Shown: positions 10,310 to 18,886 of the stretch, piece after piece
How positions within the stretch are numbered: position 1 is the first letter of the stretch
Layout of the letters: every line of letters starts with the position of its first letter
NCBI GenBank assembly: GCA_043819795.1
Contig: JBDREN010000205.1
Coordinates: forward strand, 1 to 58,134
DNA from: Elusimicrobiota bacterium
GTDB taxonomy: Bacteria > Elusimicrobiota > Elusimicrobia > UBA1565
Reading direction: 5' to 3'
DNA length: 58,134 bases
Made by a program: the position numbers and the translations under genes
Notes under the pieces: model-generated
Database searches by the model: none
Told to the model about the DNA's origin: nothing
The model's input: the letters and a program-made list of their open reading frames with translations, nothing else

Positions 10310-11976
10310 CCTAGATACTCCTCCAAGACCCGCGGCTCCAACGGACGGATCCGCGCCGCTTCGTCGGGAAGCGCCACTCCCTGATTGCGCAGCATGATCA
10401 AGCGCATCTGCACCGCGGCGCCGAAAAGGATGTTCATGGCCACCACGGAGACCTTTCGGCCGCGCCGATCGGCGAGGAAAGTCCCCTTGGTCCACTCGTT
10501 GAAGGCCCCCATCGCGGGCCCGCACCAGACCTGGTAGTCGATCCGGCGCGCGAGCTCTCCGGCGGTGGCCCACCGCGAGGCTCGCCCCAGGTACCACCGG
10601 AACACGAGCGCCATCCGGTGCTTGGGGTCGCGCTCGGCCAGGGAGACCTGCTCCGGATCGCGCTCATGAAAATACTCCCGCGTCCGCGCCCAGACATCAT
10701 CGAGCGAGGCGCGGAAAAGCTCGGCCTCAAGCCTCTTGCGCTCGGCCGCCGGGATCGCCTCGATGCCGTCGTAGGCGCGATACGTCTCGTAAAGCCGGGC
10801 GGCGCGCATCGCGAACATGGTCCCGCGCCTGAGGACCTGCACCTTCACGCCCATCTCGAACATGTCGGCGGCGGGAGCCATGGCCGTGTCGGCTTGGCCC
10901 GCCTGCGCCAGCATCTCCCGGACGGCGTCCGAGGTCCCGGCCTCCACGCAGGCCTGGTTCACGGAGCCGACCAGCACGTAAGCGGCGCCCATGGAGAAAG
11001 CCGCGGCCGCGGCCGCGGGCGTGCCGATACCCCCCGCCGCTCCCACGCGAAGCCGGGACTTGAAGCGGTGCCGCGCCTGCATCCGGTCGCGCAAGGCCGT
11101 CATGGTGGGCAGCAGGTCCACCAGGGAGCGGTTGTCCGTGTGTCCGGCCGAGTCGGCCTCGGCCGTGAGATCCTGCGCCATGGGGATCTCCTCGGCCATG
11201 CGCGCCTGCTCGGGGCTGATGCCGCCCGCGGCCGCGAGCTCCCGGAGCAGCTGCTGCGGCGGCGGCGCGAAGAACTTCGACGCCACCTCCACGCGGGACG
11301 CCTTGGCGATGATCCGGTTCGGCGCGACGACTTCGCCCGCGGCGTCGCGATGGATGCCGTGCACGCGATACCGCACGACCGGCAGCGTGAGGTCGAGGAA
11401 AGCCGCGGCCTCGACCAGGCGCACTCCTTTTCGGATATACAGGTCGACGATCCCGGCTTCGAGATCGGGCTCGGCGGGGCTATGGATCAGGTTGAAGCCG
11501 TAGGGAAGCGGCCCGAGCTCGCGGGAAATGCGGTCGATCGCGGCCTCCACCTCGGCCGGGGCGAGCCCGGCCGCTCCGAAGAACCCCAGGCACCCGCGAC
11601 GCCCCATCTCCGCCACGATCTCGACGGAGCTGATGCCGGTGGCCATGGAGCCCGAAAGATAGGGATAGCGGATCCCGTGGTCCGCGCACAACGAGGGGTC
11701 GCCCAGGTCCTCCAAGCCGCAGGCCGGCACATAGCCCACCACCGGCCAGCGTCCGTCCGCGCTCGCCCCCTTTTCTTCCTCCGAGGCGGCATCCGCGCCT
11801 AAAACCGCGGTCCCGCCCACGCCGAAAGCAAACTCGCCGTCGCTTTTCACCACGTATATAGGCCGGCGGATGTCGTGGAGGGCCTCGCTCATGCGAGCGG
11901 CGCCGGTCACGGGAGGACCGCCGGCGGACCTCCACCAGCCTAGTGCGCTCCGAGAATGGGTTGGAGAGAGAACCAT
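10306..11976 (-). CDS. pfaD: PfaD-family FMN-dependent trans-enoyl reductase
   Basis: GSMATGISS, FNLIHSP, AEADSAGHTDNR, GAAGGIGTP, APAADMFEMGVKVQVL, DYQVWCGPAMGAFNEW; coupled to the pfaA-like gene. Confidence 0.93.
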   Translation of the reverse strand: MVLSPTHSRSALGWWRSAGGPPVTGAARMSEALHDIRRPIYVVKSDGEFAFGVGGTAVLGADAASEEEKGASADGRWPVVGYVPACGLEDLGDPSLCADHGIRYPYLSGSMATGISSVEIVAEMGRRGCLGFFGAAGLAPAEVEAAIDRISRELGPLPYGFNLIHSPAEPDLEAGIVDLYIRKGVRLVEAAAFLDLTLPVVRYRVHGIHRDAAGEVVAPNRIIAKASRVEVASKFFAPPPQQLLRELAAAGGISPEQARMAEEIPMAQDLTAEADSAGHTDNRSLVDLLPTMTALRDRMQARHRFKSRLRVGAAGGIGTPAAAAAAFSMGAAYVLVGSVNQACVEAGTSDAVREMLAQAGQADTAMAPAADMFEMGVKVQVLRRGTMFAMRAARLYETYRAYDGIEAIPAAERKRLEAELFRASLDDVWARTREYFHERDPEQVSLAERDPKHRMALVFRWYLGRASRWATAGELARRIDYQVWCGPAMGAFNEWTKGTFLADRRGRKVSVVAMNILFGAAVQMRLIMLRNQGVALPDEAARIRPLEPRVLEEYLG

Positions 11977-12006
11977 GGCTTATAATATTAGGCGTTGCGA
12001 AACGCC

Positions 12007-12035
12007 ATGATATCAAGATAGTTCGTCCGTGACAA
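12007..12035 (-). promoter_or_regulatory. Putative sigma70 promoter of the pfa operon
   Basis: Minus strand TTGTCA (12035-12030), 17 bp, TATCAT (12012-12007) preceded by TGn (extended -10). Confidence 0.6.
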
Positions 12036-12050
12036 GGATAATCGAATGAT

Positions 12051-12106
12051 TTGACACCCCGTTGAAGGGCGTCTAGGTTGACATATTAGTTAGTGTGTGC
12101 TAACTT
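12051..12106 (+). promoter_or_regulatory. Tandem sigma70 promoters for tetR, with an operator-like inverted repeat
   Basis: TTGACA(12051)-17-TAGGTT and TTGACA(12078)-17-TAACTT(12101-12106); inverted repeat AGTTAG-N6-CTAACT (12088-12105) overlaps the second promoter. Confidence 0.65.
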
Positions 12107-12115
12107 ACCTACGTT

Positions 12116-12814
12116 ATGGCACCTACCACACGCCTTTCAGGCGATGAACGCCGCACAGCCATCGTCGAGGCCGTGCTCCCCCTGTTCGCGAAGAAAGGCT
12201 TCCACGGGGTCACCACTAGGGAGCTGGCGGAAGCGGCCGGCGTTTCCGAGGCGCTCCTTTTCAGGCATTTCCCCAGCAAGGAGTTCTTATACAAGGAAGT
12301 CCGGGACCAAGGCGGCAACGTCCATGAGAGCGCCTCGTTATTCAATCGGCTCCGGGACATCCCCCCCTCCACCGAAAAGCTCGTCCTCTTGACGCGCCTG
12401 CTCCTGCGGCGGATCATGACCCGCGGCGATGCGACGTTCCCCCGCCTTCTTCTGAACAGCCTACTCGAAGACGGACATCTAGCGCGGACATCGCTCAAGA
12501 GCTATATGAGCCGGTGGCTCGGGCCGTTCACCCAGGCGCTCGATGCGGCCAGGGAAGCCGGCGATCTCGAAGATATCGGAGGCCATGACGGCCTGGGGCT
12601 CTGGTTCTCGCATCATCTGGCCATGGCGCTCGTGTTCATGGGGCTTCCGGGAAAATCCGCGGTGGACTACGGAACGGCCCACGAGGCTCTGGTCGAGCAA
12701 GCGGCGCGCTTCTGCCTGCGGGGACTAGGACTCAAAGAAGAGGCTATCCGCAATTGCGGAGATCCGGCGAAGGCGGCGGCCGTCGAGTACGAGGCCTCGT
12801 CATCGGATTGGTAG
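12116..12814 (+). CDS. TetR/AcrR-family transcriptional regulator
   Basis: N-terminal HTH: FAKKGFHGVTTRELAEAAGVSEALLFRHFPSKE; divergent from pfaD. Confidence 0.93.
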   Translation: MAPTTRLSGDERRTAIVEAVLPLFAKKGFHGVTTRELAEAAGVSEALLFRHFPSKEFLYKEVRDQGGNVHESASLFNRLRDIPPSTEKLVLLTRLLLRRIMTRGDATFPRLLLNSLLEDGHLARTSLKSYMSRWLGPFTQALDAAREAGDLEDIGGHDGLGLWFSHHLAMALVFMGLPGKSAVDYGTAHEALVEQAARFCLRGLGLKEEAIRNCGDPAKAAAVEYEASSSDW

Positions 12815-13669
12815 GTGGACGGACATCCCGCGCATCACGACCTCTGCATGGGATCAAGGAAACCCGAGAAAGACATCCGGCAAGGCGACGCGGGCCCGGC
12901 TCGCTGGTCCGCCCCGCCGCGCCGGCTCCGCCTGAAGCCCCGCGAGGTCCACGTCTGGCGCGCGCCCCTGGACGTGGACGACGGGACCGTGGCGCGGCTG
13001 CGGGAAACTCTCGCCCCCGACGAGCGTTCCCGCGCGAGCCGCCTCCGCCGGGAGGTCGGCGCGAAGAGATTCCTCGTGGCGCGCGCCGTCTTGAGAGCGA
13101 TCCTCGCCCGATACGCGGGATCGAGTCCCGAATCCCTGGCTTTTCGCTACACCCGCAACGGCAAGCCGGAGCTGGCGTCCCATGGCCGGCGCGCGCCCAT
13201 CGCGTTCAGCGTGGCCCATTCCGGGGACAGAGCGCTTTTCGCGGTGACCGCCGGGCCCGCGATCGGGGTGGACATCGAGCGCGTGCGCCGCAAACTGGAC
13301 TTTGAAGAGATCGTGCGCCGCCACTTCTCAACCGCCGAGATCAAGACGCTGCGCGGCCTGCCGGACGACCGGAGGCGCGAGGCGTTCTTCGTGTACTGGA
13401 CCCGCAAGGAAGCCGTCTTGAAAGCCACGGGCGAGGGTCTAACCTATCCGCTCGACCGCGTCGAAGTCCCGTGGCTCCCCGGAAAACCTCCCGCTTCGAT
13501 CCGCTCGGGCATCCATCCCCCCGGAGCTCCCCGTTGGACCATCGTCGACCTCCGCCCTTACGCCGGTTTCGTCGGGGCGCTGGCCTTCCCCGGCCGCCGC
13601 ATGGAGCTTCGACGCTACAGCTATAGGCACTCCCCCCGGAGCTGTCCGCGCGGGCCCGAAATACGATAA
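12815..13669 (+). CDS. Sfp/PfaE-type 4'-phosphopantetheinyl transferase
   Basis: NGKP, FSVAHSG, IGVDIE, WTRKEAVLKATGEG. Start may instead be ATG 12848. Confidence 0.92.
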   Translation: MDGHPAHHDLCMGSRKPEKDIRQGDAGPARWSAPPRRLRLKPREVHVWRAPLDVDDGTVARLRETLAPDERSRASRLRREVGAKRFLVARAVLRAILARYAGSSPESLAFRYTRNGKPELASHGRRAPIAFSVAHSGDRALFAVTAGPAIGVDIERVRRKLDFEEIVRRHFSTAEIKTLRGLPDDRRREAFFVYWTRKEAVLKATGEGLTYPLDRVEVPWLPGKPPASIRSGIHPPGAPRWTIVDLRPYAGFVGALAFPGRRMELRRYSYRHSPRSCPRGPEIR

Positions 13670-13692
13670 CATCTCTCGGAGGCACGCCGCCG

Positions 13693-14544
13693 ATGAAGCA
13701 CACGGTCTTCACCTTCCTGTTCTCCGCCAAGTACCTGGTCTTCCTCGTCCTGGCCGGCGCCGGAGTGCTTCTGCTGACGCTGCGCAAGTCCGGCAAAGGC
13801 TCGCGCGCGGCCGTGCTGGCCGCGGCCTTCCTTCTTCTGGGCGGGGTGGCCGGTCTGGTCTTCCCGGTCCTGGCGCGCCCCTTAGGGCTGCACCCAAGCC
13901 CCATGTGCGCGGTGACGAAGCTCATTGGAGTCGTCTGGCTCAGGGGGTTCTTCCCCCCGCCAATGGTGGCGGCCCTCATCGCCATCGTGCTCTTGAGCCT
14001 GGCCGGCAAAAAACTCTTCTGCGGCTGGGCCTGCCCGCTGGGCGCCGCGCAGGAGCTTCTCTATCTGATACCGGGGATCAAGAAGCTCAAGAACATCCCC
14101 TTCCGGATCACGAACTCGGTCCGGGCCGTCCTGATGGGCGTGTTCCTCGCCGCGCTCTTCGCGTTCGGGATCATCACCTACGACTACTTCAACGGCTTCG
14201 AGGCCCTCCACTGGCAAGCGAGCCTCAGCGCGGGAGCGGTTGCTCTCGTGATCGCCGCCGCGAGCCTTTTCTATTACCGCCCCTACTGCTATCTCGTCTG
14301 CCCCATCGGCCTGCTCAGCTGGGCGCTCGAGCGCTTCTCCCTGCTTCAGGTGAGGCTCGACAAGGAGGCCTGCAGCGACTGCAAGGCGTGTCTGGACGCG
14401 GCCCCCTGCCCGTCCTTGGCCCCGCTTATGGAGGGGAAGACCGGATGGCTGCCGGACTGCACCTCCTGCGGGCTCTGCCTCAAGGAATGTCCGACGGAAG
14501 CCCTCCGCTTCGGCCCGCCCAAGCCGTCTTCAGCGTACAATTGA
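13693..14544 (+). CDS. Membrane 4Fe-4S-binding protein (NapH/MauN/YccM-like polyferredoxin)
   Basis: Several TM segments, two CxxxCP motifs (FCGWACPLG, YCYLVCPIG), C-terminal CxxCxxC...C and CxxCxxCxxxCP clusters. Confidence 0.85.
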   Translation: MKHTVFTFLFSAKYLVFLVLAGAGVLLLTLRKSGKGSRAAVLAAAFLLLGGVAGLVFPVLARPLGLHPSPMCAVTKLIGVVWLRGFFPPPMVAALIAIVLLSLAGKKLFCGWACPLGAAQELLYLIPGIKKLKNIPFRITNSVRAVLMGVFLAALFAFGIITYDYFNGFEALHWQASLSAGAVALVIAAASLFYYRPYCYLVCPIGLLSWALERFSLLQVRLDKEACSDCKACLDAAPCPSLAPLMEGKTGWLPDCTSCGLCLKECPTEALRFGPPKPSSAYN

Positions 14545-14686
14545 TCGTCCACATAAAGGCCTGAGCCGGAAGGAAAAGGGGAGCCCGGCGAGGGCACGGA
14601 CGAGGACAGGCTGATCGCTTTCAGAAAGACGCGGGACCTGTCGTTCGATCTGATCGAAAAACTCGCGGCCAGGCCGCAGCCCGCGA
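14545..14686 (+). pseudogene. Possible remnant of an ArsC/LMW-PTP C-terminus
   Basis: Startless frame reads GEGTDEDRLIAFRKTRDLSFDLIEKL, resembling the C-terminal helix of thioredoxin-type arsenate reductases; by-eye resemblance only. Confidence 0.3.
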
Positions 14687-16195
14687 CTACCGCGGCAGCG
14701 CCTCCTTGTCCCAGCCCTGCTCGCGCTCCCGCGCCTTGCGGTCCCACTCAGGGACCAGGGTCTTCAAGAAACGGCCCTTCTCCTTCTTCAGCTTCGCGAC
14801 GTCGAGGCCTATGAAGGTTTGGGCCTTTTCCTTGGTGGAGATGTCCGGCATGGGCACCGGTCCCGGATGGCCGCGGCGAGCCAGGATCCTGGACAACAGC
14901 AAGCGCGCCTCCTGGGCCTTGTCGATCGAGGTCGCGAGGATGCGGGAGACCTCGAGCGGCGCGTGGAAGGACGCGCCGTGGCTCGCGGCCGCGTAATCCC
15001 AGCGCCACTGGGCGTGGCGTATCAGCCTGAGCACGGGCCTCATCTCCGCCTCGCCGGCTCCGACGTCCCAGGCCTTCTTCGCCTCGATGTGCGCCTTGAC
15101 GATCAGGTCCTCGGCCTTGTCCCGGGTGGCGATGTTCTTGTCCTGCCGCTCGTAGACGTTCTTCCTGAACTCATCCTCGCTCTCCCGGTGGCAGACCTGG
15201 CAGGTGGTGGCGATGTTGTTGAGCGGGCTCTGGATCTGGTGGTCCGAGAACTTCACGCCGCCCGCGCTCTTGTAGGGCATGTGGCAGTCGGCGCAGGCGA
15301 GCCCGCGCTGGGCGTGGATGCCGGCCTGGAACAGCTCCCAGCCCGGGTGCTGGGCCTTGAGCATGGGGGCCCGGCTCAGGGCGTGGGTCCAGTCCTTGAA
15401 CTCCCTCTCGTCGTAGTACTTCTCCATGGCCTCGACGGTCGTGCCGTCGTCCCAGGGCAAGGTGAGGCGGTTGCCCTTCCCCTTGAAGTAGTACTCCACG
15501 TGGCACTGCGCGCAGACCAGAGCGCGCATCTCCTGGTGATCGGCCTTCTTGATGTCTTCGCCGCGCCGCTCGAAGGCCTCGGCGAGCGCGGGCCGCGAGA
15601 TCCGGAGGTTCATGGTCTTGGGGTCGTGGCAGTCCGCGCAGCCGATCGCGTTCACGATCTCGTGCCCGCGGGCGGCCCATTTGTCTTCGTAGAACGCCGC
15701 CGGGCCGATCCGGCCCATCACGCGGGGGACATCGGGGCTCTTGCAGGTCCAGCACGTATTGGGCATGGGGCCGTCGTCCGGCCCCGTCGGCGCTCCGGTC
15801 CTCAGAGTGTTCCGGATGTCGGTCACGGCGTAGTGGTGCCCCCGGCCCTGGTTGTAGTCCTTGGAGAAGCCGTAGCCCGCCCACAAGACGACGAGCCTGG
15901 GGTCCACCTCGAGCATATCGATCATCGCGCTTCCGTTGTGCTTGCTCCGGAAAGACGTCTCCCGGGTCTTGAGGTAGGTCTCGTATTCCCGGGGGAAGTG
16001 CTTGCCCCAAACGGCGCTTCTCGGCTCCCATTCGGATATATCGGTCGCGGGCGCGTAGGCGATGAGCGCCTCGGTCCGCCTCTCCATGATAGAGGCCGCG
16101 AACAACCCGATCAGGAACACCAGCCCCATGGCCGCGGCGGCCAGCAGCCAGCCCAGCCAGGGATTCTTTTTCGCGAATTCGGTGATGGATCTCAT
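14687..16195 (-). CDS. nrfA: Ammonia-forming cytochrome c nitrite reductase, pentaheme catalytic subunit
   Basis: CWTCK (CxxCK) plus four CxxCH (CADCH, CAQCH, CADCH, CQVCH); KAQH motif; QWRWDY and SHGASFHAP; N-terminal TM; AGGAGA RBS. Confidence 0.96.
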   Translation of the reverse strand: MRSITEFAKKNPWLGWLLAAAAMGLVFLIGLFAASIMERRTEALIAYAPATDISEWEPRSAVWGKHFPREYETYLKTRETSFRSKHNGSAMIDMLEVDPRLVVLWAGYGFSKDYNQGRGHHYAVTDIRNTLRTGAPTGPDDGPMPNTCWTCKSPDVPRVMGRIGPAAFYEDKWAARGHEIVNAIGCADCHDPKTMNLRISRPALAEAFERRGEDIKKADHQEMRALVCAQCHVEYYFKGKGNRLTLPWDDGTTVEAMEKYYDEREFKDWTHALSRAPMLKAQHPGWELFQAGIHAQRGLACADCHMPYKSAGGVKFSDHQIQSPLNNIATTCQVCHRESEDEFRKNVYERQDKNIATRDKAEDLIVKAHIEAKKAWDVGAGEAEMRPVLRLIRHAQWRWDYAAASHGASFHAPLEVSRILATSIDKAQEARLLLSRILARRGHPGPVPMPDISTKEKAQTFIGLDVAKLKKEKGRFLKTLVPEWDRKAREREQGWDKEALPR

Positions 16196-16218
16196 ATCTT
16201 TCTCCTAGACATCGTTCA

Positions 16219-16848
16219 TCATCGGGGCCCGGACTCCGGAGCGGCCGGCCCTCCCCCGTCCCGACCGGCGGCTCCCCGGACCCAGTCCGGGATCATGCTC
16301 CCCAAGATCGGGACATGCGCGTTCGGCGCCGAAGAAAGGCTCGCGGTCCGGCCGTGCGGAGTGTGGCGGTGGCAGTCCCAGCAGAGCCTCTCGCCGGGCC
16401 CGCCCGCAGCTCCCGCGCGCACCCTGAACAGAAGCTCCCCGTGGCAGCGCCGGCAGTTGGCCTGCACCACGCGCCGGCCCGCCTCGCGGATCCTGATGAC
16501 CTGGGGCTCCCGTCTCAGCGTGAAGATCGCCGAGTGCCTGAGCCCGTCCATGGACTTGAAGAAGTATTGATGCGCGAGATTGTCCTGCGGCACGTGGCAG
16601 TCGTTGCAGCCGGCCCGGTCGCGGTGGGCGCTGTGCAGCCACGTGGCGTACTGCGGCGCCATGATGTGGCAGTTCACGCAGGTATTCGGGTCATCCGACA
16701 GGTAGGATCCCGCGTTCGAGATGTGGACGATGAAGAGTCCGAGCCCGCCGCCGATGCCCAGCAGGACCATGGCGGGCAGACGCCAGCCGTCGGGCAGCCG
16801 CAGAAGATCGTAAGCCCGGCCCGCGGCCGAACGAAGCTCGTCAATCAT
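16219..16848 (-). CDS. nrfH: Tetraheme quinol dehydrogenase, nitrite reductase small subunit
   Basis: N-terminal TM; SYLSDDPNTCVNCHIM, CNDCHVP, CRRCH, CWDCH; directly upstream of nrfA. Confidence 0.94.
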   Translation of the reverse strand: MIDELRSAAGRAYDLLRLPDGWRLPAMVLLGIGGGLGLFIVHISNAGSYLSDDPNTCVNCHIMAPQYATWLHSAHRDRAGCNDCHVPQDNLAHQYFFKSMDGLRHSAIFTLRREPQVIRIREAGRRVVQANCRRCHGELLFRVRAGAAGGPGERLCWDCHRHTPHGRTASLSSAPNAHVPILGSMIPDWVRGAAGRDGGGPAAPESGPR

Positions 16849-16894
16849 CAGTCCCGGCCTCCCCCCGCTTCCGCGGCATACCGTGCGTTCATGC

Positions 16895-18145
16895 TCAGAA
16901 GTCGAGCACCGCCTGCAGGAACGCCCAGTCCATGTCCTTACCGAAGCCCCTGTTCTTGGCGAAGTTCCCCCGGAAGAACCGCGAGTACCCGAACCAGAGC
17001 TTCAGGGCACCGCGCACCGTGGCCTTGGCATGCAGGTCCAGCTCGTTGCCGACCGTCCTGCCGGACGCGCCGGCCGTGTCCCGCGCAAGCTGGGTCCCGC
17101 CGGCCGAGTACCATCCGTCCGTGGCCTGGGCCAGGCGGAAGTGGTGGAAATCGGCCTGGAGGTTCCATCCCTCCCCCGGCTTGGCCGAGACGCCGGCCTT
17201 GATCGCGTGCCCGTTCTTCCAGGAGAACAGGTCCGCGTAGCCCTGCAAGGCATGGCCGAACGGGAAGATGGGATCGAACGTCCCGTCCCGGGCGTCGGTG
17301 GGGTTCCTGTCGCCCGACGCGAGGTCGTACTCCACGCCCACGCGCGGACTCCCGGCCGCCTCGAAGGTATAGCCCGCGGTCGCGGCCAGCGCCCAGGCGC
17401 GGAGCTCGTCGCCCGCCTTGCGCCCGAACTGCCAGGCGGCCTCGCCGGAGTAGTCCGCGCCGCCCGCCTTCCCCTTCAGGCGCGCGCCGGCCGTGCGCTG
17501 GCTGAGATTGCCCTGCCTGACGCCCTGCTCGTCGAAGTAGCTGCCATCGCCTTCGTCGCGGGCGAGCACGTAGAGATCGAACTCGTGGCCGGGCACCGCC
17601 CGGCAGGACGCGTAGAGACCGGAGAACACGTCGTCCTGGCGGGTCGTCCGGTTCTCATCCACCACGGTCGCGAAAAGGTCCGCCCGCCACGACTCTTGCT
17701 CCGCGCGCAGCCGCACCCCGTCCCAGGTCCTTCCGTTGTTCGACCAATCGAGCGGGCTGATCAGCCTCTGGTCGCCGTACTTGAGCTCCTGGCGGCCCGC
17801 CCGCAGGCTGAGCGGCAGGCCCCAGAGGTCCAAGACGTCCAGGAACCCCTGGTGCAGGCCGAAGTCGTCGTCGGTGTCCGTCGGCGTGTCGCTGCCGGCG
17901 GTGTGGACATGCTGCATCTGCACGTAGGCCCGCATGCCCTCGGCCGGCTCGGCCCGGGTCCAGAACCGGGTCCTGAAGAGCAGCATGTCCTCGCCCCGGG
18001 CGGCAACGTAGTTTGCCGTAGGATTGCGGGTCTCCCCGCGCGCCCGGAACTGCCCCCCGAACTCCAGGGACTCCAACGCCCCGGCGAGCGCGCCCGCGGG
18101 CGGAAGCGCGCCAGCGAGCACGACACCCATCAAGAAACTCCTCAC
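16895..18145 (-). CDS. Alginate-export-family outer membrane beta-barrel
   Basis: Signal peptide after GTG 18145 (GGAGG RBS); GRQELKYGDQRLISPLDWSNNGRTWDG, ASGD, TFDPIFP; C-terminal Phe. Confidence 0.8.
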   Translation of the reverse strand: MRSFLMGVVLAGALPPAGALAGALESLEFGGQFRARGETRNPTANYVAARGEDMLLFRTRFWTRAEPAEGMRAYVQMQHVHTAGSDTPTDTDDDFGLHQGFLDVLDLWGLPLSLRAGRQELKYGDQRLISPLDWSNNGRTWDGVRLRAEQESWRADLFATVVDENRTTRQDDVFSGLYASCRAVPGHEFDLYVLARDEGDGSYFDEQGVRQGNLSQRTAGARLKGKAGGADYSGEAAWQFGRKAGDELRAWALAATAGYTFEAAGSPRVGVEYDLASGDRNPTDARDGTFDPIFPFGHALQGYADLFSWKNGHAIKAGVSAKPGEGWNLQADFHHFRLAQATDGWYSAGGTQLARDTAGASGRTVGNELDLHAKATVRGALKLWFGYSRFFRGNFAKNRGFGKDMDWAFLQAVLDF

Positions 18146-18536
18146 TCTTTGCCTCCTTCCGGGTCCCGCGGATCCGTCCCGGCCCCGGGAACGTCCCTCA
18201 AGCCGACTCGGCCGAGGGGATGCCCGAGAAGCCTCTCGGCCTCGAGCGCCTGCTCGTGGGCGGAGCAGACCGGTCCGGGGCGCGCGCGGCCCTGCCCGCC
18301 GGGCACGCCATCCCCCAGATCGCGCACCGCGCTGTCTTGGAGAGTCATATCGACCGGACATCCGGACTCGATTATCCGGGATTCATGCCTCAATATCCGC
18401 TCGCGGGGAAACCGCTCGCCGCACGACTTCATCGTATATACCCGCCTGCACGCGGGCTGTCAAGAGGGCTGAAAACGCTTCCTCACGCGCGAAACCTGTA
18501 TAATGTCGGAGCTGGCCTCGCGGCCGCTGACGCCCG

Positions 18537-18728
18537 ATGAACGACAAGGAATCCTCGCCGCCTAATAGATTCTTGGGCGCGATCTGCCACCACTGTCCGC
18601 TCTGCAGGTTCGGCCGGAAACGGCCGGGATCGCTGATCGGCCGGCTGCTTCATCACCCGCTCCACGCCGAGAACTGCCCCTTCTGGAAGGCGGAGAAGGA
18701 CCTCTACGGGCAGAGCGACGACGGCTGA
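18537..18728 (+). CDS. Small Cys/His-rich hypothetical protein (63 aa)
   Basis: CHHCPLC...HHPLH...CPFW; TATAAT at 18499-18504 upstream; protein-like composition. Confidence 0.6.
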   Translation: MNDKESSPPNRFLGAICHHCPLCRFGRKRPGSLIGRLLHHPLHAENCPFWKAEKDLYGQSDDG

Positions 18729-18770
18729 CGACCGGCCGGGCGGCGCGGCGATAAGCGTTCCTGGCCATGT

Positions 18771-18800
18771 TTGACGCTATCGGTGCGGAAAGAGTATAAT
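18771..18800 (+). promoter_or_regulatory. Near-consensus sigma70 promoter of the carbamoyltransferase operon
   Basis: TTGACG (18771-18776), 18 bp, TATAAT (18795-18800); AAGGAGG RBS before ATG 18887. Confidence 0.8.
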
Positions 18801-18886
18801 CGCATGAAGGCGGCGTTTCCAAAAAACCCTGCCCCGCAAACAAGATATAAGAAATCGCCACGAACTCTGTCTCAAGGAGGCAAGCC

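Noticed and set aside
7935..10384. Long alternative-frame and antisense ORFs (752 aa and 710 aa)
   Set aside because: They overlap the pfaA KS-AT region, are Arg/Gly/Pro-rich and show no motifs.
10310..10597. N-terminal extension of pfaA in the ORF track
   Set aside because: Lies inside pfaD; the RBS and GTGA overlap support a start at 10309.
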